Assembly: GCA_025786725.1 (NCBI GenBank)
Contig: JAHLTZ010000063.1
Location: forward strand, 1 to 64,000
Length of the DNA: 64,000 bases
Direction: 5' to 3'
Origin: Syncephalis fuscata S228
Taxonomy: Eukaryota > Fungi > Zoopagomycota
Positions 1 to 12,701 of this stretch are shown piece by piece. Each line of letters opens with the position of its first letter. Position 1 is the stretch's first letter. A program made the translations under genes and the position numbers. The notes beneath the pieces are model-generated. The model worked only from the letters and a program-made list of their open reading frames with translations, was not told the origin of the DNA and did not search any database.

Positions 1-1252
1 AATACTAAATGGCATGTTGGTCATTGAGTAACGTCATGATTATTTGTGCTGTCAGTGCCAATAGTTGCATTGGTATGCTTATAACTGATAGCTACGCTGC
101 ATGATAGTGTTGTTGCACAATAGCTTGTTTTTATGATCGGCCCGAAACTTACCAACTATACTATTATTGAAAATACCGCAGCACTTAATACTCTGGTCTC
201 CACAGGGCACGCTAGGATGACATATTGCTGTACACACGTCATGCTAGCAAAAGCCATACTACTATGCTCCAAAATGGTCGTTTATTGTCTGCTTGCTGTT
301 CAAATCACACATGTGCAGCAGAATGCAGCTTGATAGCATAACATGCACAAATCCATGCACAACTACTATGTGTAAGCAAGCACTAGTCAGGATCATTTGA
401 ATGACGCCAAACATAACACAAATACTTCATACTATGATACGTGCAATCGATCCTTTGTTACTTGTGCATAGTGATACCAGCTCAACAGCAAGTATCAACG
501 ATGCTTGCCTTTGAAAATACAATAATAGAAGCGCATGACTACCTATGCATAGCTGTGGGCACGCGCCACATAGCTATAGGGATGGAGACTCAATCATGCG
601 TAACTGCTGGATGCAGCTATGTGTGTAACGCCATGGTTGTTATTCTAGCCGCTGCTCTAGAGCAATGACAGCAGATAACATGATGTTAGTTTTTGTTTCA
701 CTGGCGCACCTGTCACCTTTCGGCGGTGATACCCGAGAAATGAAAGTAGCCCGTTGCTGTTGATCACTAATGCATGTATACGCGCGCTACTATTCGGCCA
801 ATTCCATCTTGCTGGATGATAGCCACAATGTGCACAATACAAACTATTGTTCTAGGCATGCTACAACAAAAATAGCAACAGCAACACTAATTTTGCTATA
901 AAACTAATTGCATTTGATAATATTACGTCTAGTCGACAATTTTTATTGATCATTGCACAGCACCATCATATTGAAAACTTGTTGCTTCTTTTTTGCTCAG
1001 TATAGATATTTTGCTTCTTTGTGCATTCATTTATTACCAGTTTTTATTTTGTTTTTATTTCTGTCTATTTGACGCTTGTCATTTATAATCGCTGTGCGTT
1101 CAGTTGCTTAAAAAACTATCTTTATTTTAAGACATTTTTCTTGCTTCAAGATAGGCCATACTGGACTGCAGTTTACTATAATTATTAAGCTGGTATATTT
1201 CCCATACTAACTTGGAACCACGTGGCCATTGAAGTCTGTGTATCAACATCAA

Positions 1253-3914
1253 ATGCCTTGTACCCCTCGACGCCTCAAGGCATTAACAACCATGGAAACA
1301 GCAATATCACCGCCATTGCCACAGCCTTTTTCAACTTCTCCGCCAACAACTCCTGCCAATACCAATATTACTACTTCTACTAGTACCGCTACTTCTACCA
1401 CCACTACCAATACTACTCCTGCTGCTATATCCTCCTTGTCTCAGCCCCTATTAGTCAGCACCTCCTTTTGTCCTTCTTCCTCTTTACGCTTATTACAACA
1501 GCAGCAACGACAACAGCAACGATCCTCTCCTGCACCCTGCAGCGATTCTTTAACTATTATAGAACCTAATAATACTTTTTCTTTGACTCACCAGTCAACT
1601 ACTCCAAATCGCGTATTACCCTCGAGACTTTCGTTTGTCGCAGACTCTGACAACGAAGTTAATTACCTTTCAAAACCGTTACGTTGTAGTCAACGCAACA
1701 GTAGTGACATTTCTATAGACGCTTATTCCACGCTGACACGCACCATAGACCAGGCTACTTGTAATAATATTCTGACCAATATGGGCAACGGCGACAGTCA
1801 CGCGATCGCTGCGCATGGCACACCGCTTGCAATCTCTTTGTCGAATGAAAGCGGAAGAGCAGAGATTTTGGAAGGACCGGCAGGATCCGGTGCTATATCA
1901 ATACGAGCAGTTGGCCGACAAAGCCGTGATACAGACGATAATGCAATTCACTCATTAGCAACTCAGCCGTCTATCACACAACCAGTCGGCCACAATAGCA
2001 GCGGGAACACAGTAGTGGCTAAGCGTAGCTCGGCCCTTGTGGCTGCTCAAGCAGTTCCATTCATTAGTGACTACAACAAAAACTATGATAATGATGATGA
2101 TGATAATGGCAGTACTCATGGCCTTGATGCTAATAAATTAGATCATGACGCAGTAATTAACCAAACTGAAAATAAAACTGCCTCTGGCCGATCAAACATT
2201 AGTAGAAAGAGTAGTCAGAATTGTCGTCATTCTCGCATAGCTACAGATGTTCACCAATCACTCCGAAAGGCCAGTAAATCATCAGGTACTATGGATATTA
2301 GCCAATCAGATGATAATGGTACAGGTGGTGATGTTGGCGGTCCGTCTAGCACACTAGAGGTTGTTGGCATCAGTATACAAAACAATTCAGATGTTGAATT
2401 AAATAATAGTATTCGAGAGGCTTACGCATCTTTACCAGTACCGGAATTACAGAATGCGGTGGAGCTGCATAAGAAACTGGATCGATTTGGATTTGTTCAA
2501 AATGATGAACGCAATGACGATCCAGCGTTTTCGTGTCCCCCACAAACATTATTGTAAGCGTCCACGTATTATATATTGTAAATAGAATGTCTAATAAGTA
2601 ATATTTTAGCGAACAGCAACGCGAAAGCCATCGTGCTGTGAAATGGGCGAAAATGTCAACCAAGCGATGGAGCTCAACTACTAGATCGTTATATTCATTT
2701 AAAATAGCATCAAAAGTAAGTTAATACTTGTTAGCTTTATTCTATCTAACAATAATCCAGTTTACACGACGTGTATACAAAAGTATTCCAGATTGCTGGA
2801 GAGCAGAAGCATGGTAAGGACTATAACACTAATTATAATAGATTGCTAATTATATTTAAAGGCATTTCATGCTTTCCGCCAACAACGTGCTTCCCAAACC
2901 AGAAGAAGAGATTGTGGCCAGCTATTCAGTAAGTAATTTAGCTAAATTTAGAGTAAACAATAACTGATGAATTGAGTCAAGATATTGTTAGAAGAGGTTT
3001 CGTCATATGAACGCCAAATTGATTTGGATGTTGAGCGAACAATGAGATCTCATATAATGTTTTATCAAAGATATGGCATTGGGTAGGTTGCACATTGTAA
3101 TTTAGCTATTAAAGTATTAATTGGTCAAATATGCTACAGACAACGGCATCTATTTAATGTATTACGCGCCTACTCAAATGCCAATCCAGAAGTAGGCTAC
3201 TGCCAAGGCATGTCTACTATAGCGGCCATTATACTGCTTTATTTCGATGAAGAGGTAAGCACCTTTAGTGATATAATCTTCAGCTTATAGTAATACTTTA
3301 TTTTACTGAGTAGACAACTTTTGTTGTGATGCGCATTCTATTCGAAAAGCATAGGCTGAACCAGCTATTTCAGCCACGCTTTCCAGAATTATTGAAAGCT
3401 TTCTATATCCAAACACATATGTTAGAAGCGTGTGCGCCAGATCTTGCTAAGCATATGGTAAGTTGCTTATACAAAATAATTTCAGTTTGTTTACAATGCA
3501 TATTGGCACTATAGGTGGACATTGACGTTGCTCCAGGAATGTACGCGATCCGATGGTATTGTACACTGTTCTCTAATGGTACATTACCCTTCCGTACCGC
3601 TTTACGTGTATGGGATCTATTAATGTTGAAAGGATTTGATGCCTTAATCTGTGTGGCCACCGGATTATTAATACATTTCAAAGGTAATCGTTAAATTAAA
3701 ATATGTAAATACCAGCTAACGTTTATATTATTAAATAGATCGATTATTAGTAGGAAACTTTGAAACCGTTGCACAATTTTTGGCAAATACTCTGCCATTT
3801 AATGATGAAAAGGACGACGATGCCTTTTTCCTTGGTATAGTGCGCCGTCTGCTTGAGCGTCGAAAGTACGTTGAGATGCGTCAACGATTCAGTAGTGAAT
3901 ATCAAGAATCCTAA
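1253..3914 (+). CDS. TBC-domain Rab GTPase-activating protein (multi-exon; long S/T-rich disordered N-terminus)
   Basis: Spliced translation gives LDRFGF...[11 protein letters not shown]...[16 protein letters not shown], the arginine finger QIDLDVERT (IxxDxxR), the glutamine finger VGYCQGM, then [10 protein letters not shown]...[12 protein letters not shown] introns with CTAAY branch points; stop TAA at 3912-3914. Confidence 0.9.
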
Positions 3915-4242
3915 TGCCGAATATTACTTAGCTCTATTGCATTTTTACTTTACAATTTGTCGCCTTGTCGACATCAATACAAACTAACCATAACGCTTAT
4001 TTTCTGCTACTATTATGTTGCGCTGCACTACCTGGTGCAAATGGCCTTTTGTTGCCAGTTACAAGTTATCCTATTGCTTTTTTACTTTTATGTCACATAA
4101 ATTGACTTTTTCAATGAATTATTTAAAGCAGTGATTTATATAGAGAATGTATCGTAAAAGTGCTAGTTTTATTCGTTAATATTGTAAAAATGTCGTTATT
4201 TTTAGCCAAAAATGTAGTGCTAGCTATCAAATGTATCAAAAT

Positions 4243-4878
4243 TTATGCTTTAATACATTTAATCTTTGCGCCCTGTTTGCTGCATCTTTGTGCTGCTTCT
4301 GAAAGTGGTCTCTTGGTGATATGGGTTATGGCGGCAGATGCTGGTCCAGATAACCATCCAAGACCAGGGACAAAATTAAAAACAAGTCCTGCAGTCTTGC
4401 CAAGAGCTGTTGCTGCTAATTCTCCGGTCTTTTCTGGATTTGCTGCAACTGCTGCCTGTAGTTGTCCTGGGGCCTTCACGGCAGCTTCCACAACCTTGTC
4501 TTTGGCTTTATCAGTGATATTGGAAATTGCTCCTCCAGCCTTTTGAGAGGTATTGACAACTTCGTCTTTAACCTTATTAACAGCGCTTGCAGCCTTGTCT
4601 TTGGCATCCCCAATGCTATCCTTGACCTTGTTTGATACCTTCTTAAACGGATTTTTAATTTCGCCAATAATATCACGTTTAGCTAATTCGATTGCACCTT
4701 GCGCCGAGTTGTCCAGTAAAACCACCACGTCCCCTTGGTCTATAAAAGACACACTTTGGCTTGTTTCAAATGCATTTGGAAGTGGAGCAGCATTGGTGTA
4801 TGGCGCGATATTGCCGAATGCAGCCAATTGTGCCAAAGCACCAATAATGAAGATAGAGCGAACCGAGAAAAAAACCAT
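4243..4878 (-). CDS. Secreted orphan protein (211 aa): signal peptide, Kex2 site, Lys/Ala/Asp amphipathic (LEA-like) repeats, Gly-rich hydrophobic C-terminal segment
   Basis: Intronless ORF from ATG 4878 (MVFFSVRSIFIIGALAQLAAFG...). Contains ELAKR|DIIG, the repeats NKVKDSIGDAKDKAASAVNKVKD...DKAKDKVVEAA, and GLVFNFVPGLGWLSGPASAAI. The upstream extension in the ORF track is AT-rich and probably non-coding. Confidence 0.8.
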   Translation of the reverse strand: MVFFSVRSIFIIGALAQLAAFGNIAPYTNAAPLPNAFETSQSVSFIDQGDVVVLLDNSAQGAIELAKRDIIGEIKNPFKKVSNKVKDSIGDAKDKAASAVNKVKDEVVNTSQKAGGAISNITDKAKDKVVEAAVKAPGQLQAAVAANPEKTGELAATALGKTAGLVFNFVPGLGWLSGPASAAITHITKRPLSEAAQRCSKQGAKIKCIKA

Positions 4879-7375
4879 TTTTGTTTTGAAAATTGCGTGT
4901 TTGTCTAGAAAATCGGTTGATGTTTGTAAGAAAAGACCAGCTTTTCGAGTAAAGTTGTTCGTGAATGAGTAATGGATGAGTGAGTAAGTGAGTAGTGAAT
5001 GAGTTGATGAATTATTGTATATCTGCCATTGAAATGTGGCGTATTTATAATAATTAAATATTAGGTGTGTTATACTGATTATAGTGTAATCATGAAACAA
5101 ATAACAAGGCACATGGCGTTTTGTTTCTTTGTAGTGTCTGCGTTGAAATATAAAAATAGATCTACCTTGTAGTACAATAACACTTGCAAGCACAAAGAGG
5201 TGGCAATAAAACACACAATGTTCATCATTAAAGAAATAGGCATTGTTTGCGTCAGAAAGGCGTTTAACTGTTAGATCGAGTCATTTTACGCAAGTCGTTA
5301 ATAACTAATATAGAAATAGCATGTACTATTTTATTTAAATAATAAATTTTTGTAGCAGTTTTCTTAAGCTACTCGTAGATATATTGACTACAATATAGTC
5401 CATGGCATAATTAGCAATTATAGTTATGCTTTTGCAAATAATGTAAATTTAATTAGAATTTACCTTGCTGCACATAAATAATTTGCAATAAACTTTTATC
5501 AATTAATGATGACTATGAAGTGCATTGTTTATTAAACGAGGTTATGTCTATTTTATTTATTTCATTGTGTAGTATTAGTAAAATTTTTGAAGTTGTAACA
5601 TAACAACCAATTTAATACAAGCAATTTTACTGCCGTACCATTATCAAGTCATGGCTATAAGGAAACAAAGAAAAGAGCCAAACGTATTATGGCTTGATAA
5701 AAACAGCACCCGTGATTTAACTACGCAAGTATCAAACATGGGTTATAATTTAAAACACCTGCTTGGTGTTAAATCCCTTATTGGTCTAACAGGCTTAACA
5801 ATTAATACTTGATTAAACCCTGAAACTTATTTGATATACAACAGCAAGTAAAGCTTTCATAATTAGAATTTTATTGTGTTTATTATTTAAATGACTTGCG
5901 CTTAAATAGATCAAAATTGTTATAGATCAAGACTAAAGCTCATAAGAAATGGTACTGATATAATTAGTAGAAAAACACTTAAAAACATTGTACTGACAGA
6001 AATTACAACCATCTATAAATAAAGTAAAACATATGTTACTATAACCTAATGTCAATAAAAACTTATGAACTGGGTAACTATTGTCTAGATTATTAGATAT
6101 ATTACATTAACAGTTATGCCATTTTGTATTGAAAAAATGTTCTATAATTCTATATTTGCCTATATTGTATACAATTTTCGGAGATGGGTGGTGAGTGGCA
6201 TCAAAGTCTAAACTATTATCATCATAGATTTATTATCAGTATGCGTATATCCAGTATACATATATCCTCACTCACCTATATCGTTAACAATGTATGCCTA
6301 TAGTTTTATATAGCACCCTGCGCTATACGGAATACACCATATTGTTACAGGTTCAATTACATATAACCTGTCAAATGAATGCGGCAAAAGAATGGAGATT
6401 TATTAATAATAGTACTAGAACAAAAATAAAAGTAGCATTAGATACAAAAAGACTATGCAAGTATAGAATGGTATATAAAATGATAAATGAACGGTAAGAA
6501 AGCATATAAAACAATGTCAAAGCTATAGTGCATATAATGCAATAAGGGGAATGAGTAAAGTGTAATGGAACATATAAACAATGGAATATGTCTAGTATAT
6601 CATAAAATGATATATAGTAGTGTGGGACAGAATAAGAACAATATAGATTGATAGAAAATATATGTATACTGAGTATATATATATATATTGGATAATAAAT
6701 CTACGATGATGCGTATTTTGGACCCTGATGTGAATTACTCCTAGTTTCATGTTCAGTAGAAAGAAGGTTTAATTTAAAAGATGAATATTATCAAATGTAA
6801 TCATTTGACCACCAAACAAACAATAAATGACTAGTAAATTGTTTAATGTACAAAGAGATTATTTTTATTTAATTAATAAATGAGATGATACATACAATAG
6901 GATAATAAAAGTCATAAATCAAATGGCATTGTACATAAAAAGCCTATAAACAAATTAAAGTATCGATAGAGTTGTTCAAGTGGTGGGATATAAAAAAGAA
7001 TAAACATCAATTGCATAAAATAAAGTATAATTATAGAACATGTCAGCAGTAAAACAATGATGTATAGGAATAATAGACAACAAACAACAAACAATAAAGA
7101 CAAATATATTCATAGAACAATGTCATCAGCAAAATAACAAGAGTATTTTGAATAGGTTACTATCTTGCTAGCCACGTGTAATGTTGAAACAATGTTTATT
7201 TTAGCTCAAAGTTATCTCTGTTTAGACGGTAAGGTGATACCTTGGCAATAGTGGTCTCAGCTATCAAAACAAACAGATCCTTATTCGCTTTTTCGTTCAA
7301 AAACACGCTCAAATACATTGGTTCTCGTTTCAATCGCTCGTTAACACAAAAGTTGCTGCACAAGCTGATAATATT

Positions 7376-8858
7376 ATGGATGACGCGGCAAAGCAGTCCA
7401 ATCAGCATTCTGATGCAGGGGGTTCCGACTCCATTGCAGCTGGCAATAGTTTAGAAGGGGTAACGCTTGATGTTAACGAGCAGGTGCAGCCAAGTTCAGC
7501 GTCTGGTAAGTTATAAGTAGCATAAAGATGCGGAATGTACATTTATTATTTAAATTGTTTTGAATTACAGAAATTAGTCAAAAAATGACCAGAGGAGGAA
7601 GCGAAACATCTATATGGGCCAAGTCTGTTCCTGTCCAGCCAAAGCGTACGGTATCGCCGGCAAATACCAAACGTAACAACAAAAGTAATGCTAATAAGGC
7701 TGGTTCCAGCCTGCGAGCGGTAGGTGCTGTTTTTTTCCAGTAAAGCAGCAAAAACTATTACTAAATATATTAAAAGAAACCAAGCGAAGAGGAATTGCAA
7801 GCCCGAATGAACCGTATTCGTCAGCAAAATCAAGAGCTACTAAAACGTCGCGAAGTAAGTTGCTATAATACAGTTAAATAGCCATTTAACACAATAGTAC
7901 AGGCTATTGAACAGGATGAAGCAGAATTCGCTAAAATCGTGGAACATGACCGTGAAGTGAATGAACAAGCAAGCGCACTTCAAAAACAAAAGGTTGAACG
8001 AGAACGTAAAGCCATGAAAGAAATAAGGTAAATATTGTTACAATTTATCGCAAATAGTGCTAACAATTTATTTGAACTTACTAGAGTGGAACGAGAGGAG
8101 AATGCGCGACGTAAATTGGCTGCTAGCCAACTGCGAGCCTGGGACTCTGAGAAAAGCGACGGCCCTAACAGCCGGCCCGGCTCAACAAGTCCAGGTCCCG
8201 CGTCAAAATCATTTGGTAGTCGAGGCGGTAGAGGTCATCGGTCAAAGGATAAAATGATAATAATTTGGGATCAGGTTCTGAACGATCAAAATCGCCATTT
8301 AGTCCAAAGTTTCCAGCTAGAAAAGTACAAAGTAGCAATGGTGCCTATTTATCAAACGCAGGCCCATTATTTCAAAAAGATAACACTTCTAGATCGAATG
8401 AACACTTGGAACCAGAGGCTGATCGATCCAATAAAATAAATGATGGCGATAGTCATAGTGAAGGTGGACAGACACCAGCATTAGAAGCGTCTACATTGCC
8501 TATAATACACATTCCTGATCACCAGTACGACAGTAATGGCAGTGATAGTAAATCACAAAAAAGTAGAAGTAGAAATAGAAATAATAATAATAGGAATAGC
8601 TCTCGTGATTCACGACACAAGCAGCAGCCTCACTCTTCTACGCGCCAAAGTGAAAGTAGTTTGTCTTCGGCGCAGGATTCACCAACGCAGCCCGAAGAAG
8701 TCAAGTCGCCTATATCAGATGCTGGCGTAAAAAGCGTCGATAACATGGACGATTTGTTTGCTTGGCCTCCCCCGGATAGCGAACGTGTGGCCTGGGGCGA
8801 CGAAGAGGTCTCTGTATTTAAAGCAGGCGCCGAGAAAAGTTTGTGGGCGAATAAATAA
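7376..8858 (+). CDS. Coiled-coil / low-complexity protein (CCDC9-like motif), multi-exon, one apparent frameshift near 8250
   Basis: Spliced: MDDAAKQ...KPSEEELQARMNRIRQQNQELLKRRE|AIEQDEAEFAK...VEREENARRKLAASQLRAWDSEK, then an RGG/S-rich tail. Reading continues into the 8265-8858 ORF if one A is added to the A-run near 8250. Confidence 0.65.
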
Positions 8859-9030
8859 ACAATCTATGTGCCAGTATTACATTTTATTGCGTTTTACTAT
8901 ATGAACTTAATAAAGCCTTTTATTTATTTAGCACAAAATAATTATAATCATAATCATATATCTGTATTTTATTTTACTACGATTACAAAGTAAATTGCAA
9001 CACTAATAAAACCATTTACTTATAGCACAA

Positions 9031-9659
9031 TCAAGAAAGTTCAATCAATTCAGCATTTTCTGGCTTTTCGCAAAATAATTCCTTAGCAGGCTGTATCGGT
9101 AGTCTACGTGGTGCTTGGCAATACTGGCACCGAGTAATAATGGCAGGATTGATATTTTCTACTCAATTTAATTACACATTTTATAATTATCTGGTAAACA
9201 CATTATCTTACCTTCAAATTGCAGTTTAAAGGTGATGCCTGGCAAAAGAAGTGTATCACATCGTCGACATAGTGCTCGTTTAAGTGTTGGATCTCTGTTA
9301 AATGAATTATAAATGAATTAAATAAACATGATTGATTAACTAACTTACAAACGCAATACATTACGCTTTGCTATTGTCTTCAGCGAAGACACGTAGAATC
9401 GTCCTAGACCAGCCAATGCTGGACGAGTTGGATTATTTACATCTTTAATTGCTTGTTTCGTTGCTTGTGAAGGACGTGGCTTTGATTTGCGCGTTTTACG
9501 CTTTGGTAGATGGCCTGGAGCTGTATCGTCGGCTATACGGCGTTCAGGCACAACGGCTGCTGTCATTAGTGAAGCAGCCTGGTATAGAAAGTTCATACGT
9601 TGGAACTCTTCTGCATTCTGCAACGGACGTGCTTGTTTTTCTTTTTTTGCTTTACCCAT
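9031..9659 (-). CDS. RPR2: RNase P protein subunit Rpr2/Rpp21
   Basis: FQRMNFLYQAA, then LRL|DPTLKRALCRRCDTLLLPG and ITRCQYCQAPRRLP (two CxxC zinc ligands). Three exons; stop at 9031. Confidence 0.9.
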
Positions 9660-9791
9660 CGTAGTGTTATTAACGCCAAGTAATTGGCGTTGGTCTATTT
9701 CAATTCAAAGTAGAGACAAAACCAAAAGAAGTGTGACGAATCTACTTTTTACTTTGTTTTCTTTTTTGATCACGCCATACTAGTAGTCAGA

Positions 9792-10498
9792 ATGCGTAAC
9801 TCGTTAACTCTATGGCGTCAGGTAGATATAACTGCAATTGTTGGTTTGTAGTAACATTGCTAACCAATCTACTACCGATCAGGTACGGCCAACTGCGATG
9901 CGTGGCATAACCTGGACGCCTTTTGGCATCAATATTCGACGCAGTATTACCGATCGGGCTAAGAAGATGATCGAAGAGGTAATACGTGTTGTTTAATACT
10001 AAATAGCATAGTATTTATGTCTGGTTGATTAATGTAGAATATTCAAAGCAATGATGTTTGCGTTTTTATGAAAGGCACTTTAGATAGGCCACAGGTAAGT
10101 GGAGTAGCAATTAGCGTACAATGGCCTGTTTATATTAACTTTATTAAAGTGCGGATTTAGTCGAGCAGTAGCACAAATACTGGATGTTCACGGAGTATCT
10201 GGTGTTAAAGCACTTAATGTGCTTGAAGATCCTGAGCTGCGTGAGGGAATCAAGGAGTACTCGTAAGCAATTAATGGACATGACTATAACACGTAATAAT
10301 CATCATTGTACACTGCCAAATATTTGTAGATCATGGCCAACTATTCCACAGGTCTACGTTAAGGGTGAATTCGTTGGTGGATGTGATATTATGTTTGATA
10401 TGCACAAATCTGGTGCATTAGAAGAAATGCTGGTAAAAGAAGGTATCGTGGAACCATTATCGGAAGAAGAGCCAGAGGCAAATAAACCAACAGCTTAG
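9792..10498 (+). CDS. GRX5: Mitochondrial monothiol glutaredoxin
   Basis: Spliced [11 protein letters not shown]|[16 protein letters not shown]|[20 protein letters not shown]. Basic N-terminal presequence. Confidence 0.93.
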
Positions 10499-11581
10499 TT
10501 TAATTAACTAATAAAGACTTTATCATTAAAGCAATTAAACGCGGCATATGGTTCAACTAACATTTGTGGCGTATAATAAATACAACACTGGTAAAAGCCA
10601 TTTACACACTATAATAAACACGAATACACATAATAATTTGCTTTCCCTTAATCTATTGTGACTGTGACGTATGCCGTATGACGTATGTAAGAAAACTAAT
10701 GGTCAGGCGCCCATAGTTGAGCTATGACTGTTACTATGACTGCTGTTACTGCTACGAAACAACAAGTTCAACATTAATTGAGATCGTTATATAGATAAAC
10801 CAGAGGTGAATAGGAGATGTGATAAAAGAGCGAAAGACTAGGCGCGCATAACAAATGCAAAGTAAATAAGTTTAACAAACTGTAAATAACGCAGAAAATC
10901 CCCCGATGGCATGAAAATGCAATGGATACTCGACAGAGATAATGTAAAAACATACACAAAAATGAAAGTGACAGCCAGAAGGATGGCACATGCGGTGTAG
11001 GCACGCATATATTCCCCGAATGCAGACTGAAGGGCGAGGGGAGCAAAGCAAATAGATGGATGTATAGGCATGAGATGGCATAACCTATAATATATATTTG
11101 CCTGGCGTGTAGAAAAGACGCGTCTTACCTAGAAAGACAAGCTACAACAAATAGAATCATCCATATCGTACTGGTATTCTAGTGTATACAAGAAGAAGAA
11201 AAGAAAAGGCTGGTCCACAAAACTGACTCAAAAGAGTACAATGACCAAAATGGAATGCAATAGTTATTACCAATATGATTGCACCCAGTGAAACAAGAAA
11301 ATAGAAAAAATATCACAAATTGTGGAATGCACGCCAAAAGCGCGTGCAAACTAGCTAGAATGCGGTAGCAAGAGGGAGTAATGCATTGGACTATTCACAT
11401 AGCACGAAAGTCCAAGAAACCGCGATAAAGTAATAAACTAAAATAAAAGTGGCCGTAAAACGTACAAATTGAATAAATGAAATTGATTTAAAAAGTCTAT
11501 AAATGCTATTACTTGAGGTGATTGTGTATATATATATATATGGATATATAGATATATAAAACGTGTCGATAGTTAAAAGCG

Positions 11582-12701
11582 TTACCATCTTGGAGATGGC
11601 AATGGTGATGGTGGCGTCAATGCTGGTAGTAAAATACCAAGCGGGCTATTGTCTTTGCTTTCGAGGCGTGGTAATGGCGTCTGAGGCGGTGTTTTCAAGA
11701 CGTTAAACGCTTGTGCGCCATCAACCACTGGCGAAGCAAGACCAGTTCGAATGCGCATCTGACCAGCTCGATGCATGGCCTGCACAAATGCCGCATCCAG
11801 CATATCATCATCACTGCTATCATCTTCCCCACCGAGCATGGGTGTCATATTTCTTTCATTCAAATCGGTGCCGCTATTCGAATCAAGTTCAATGGATGCC
11901 GGCATCATGGCGGTGTCCGTTGCAGAGGATGTTTCGGAAAGAGAAGGTGTACAAGGAGCCGTCAGCGATGACGGCATTGGACTGGTGCAGTCCGACTGCG
12001 TGTGGTTGGTGACGGTAACATCCATGGCGACCGGGCCAACGGTTGAAAAGCGTTCCATGACCGCGAGGACATGAGCAGTACGACGATGCTTAGTCAGCGT
12101 TTGTTTGTGGCAGAAACTTTTGCCACAGCCGTCGAACGTGCAGCGGTAAGGCCGCTTCCCGGCATGGACACGACGGTGGCGAGCGAGCGATGAACTATCG
12201 CTAAAAGCACGTCGGCAAGAAGGCTCTTCGCAAACATGCGGGCGCTCACCGGAATGCGTGCGCAGATGGACGGTCAGTGCAGAACGTTGAATAAACGATT
12301 TGCTACATCCGGGTATGGTGCAGGCAAATGGTCTATGTAAAAGGCACACAATAGATATTAGAACTAGCTGGATAATAATGAGGCAAGCTGGTCACACGAT
12401 CTGTACAACGTGTGTGGCTACTGCATATTTCTCCCTGGCTGAACCTTGGTTCATACCGCATCATGACACCTATTATGGAAAGGCTCTACCATGTCGATGC
12501 TAATCCATCCGCATAGCTGCACGTTTCTGCACAAGATAATTTTATAATTGACTTAACTTACCGTTCATTAGTATGGATCCGCAAATGGCGTACAAGATCT
12601 GAGCGGCGTGCAAATGCTTTCGGACAATTGTCCCAATGGCAGGCGTAAGGCCGATGTTCCGGCAATAGCGTATCAAGGTGAATAAGTTCAAGAATATCCA
12701 T
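11582..12701 (-). CDS. C2H2 zinc-finger transcription factor (4 fingers)
   Basis: Exon 1 (ATG 12701) carries RPYACHWDNCPKAFARRSDLVRHLRIHTNER. Exon 2 has three more fingers with ERPH/KRPY linkers and an S/P-rich tail. Confidence 0.9.

Noticed and set aside
1-900. Short ORFs at 133-333, 441-668 and 657-842
   Set aside because: No recognisable motifs, non-ATG starts for some and no coherent exon chain. Probably intergenic or UTR sequence.
4160-4972. Plus-strand ORFs of 128 and 139 aa
   Set aside because: Antisense shadows of the secreted protein gene on the minus strand.
10774-11588. Hydrophobic minus-strand ORFs
   Set aside because: They fall in the T-rich 3' region of the C2H2 gene and are compositional artefacts.
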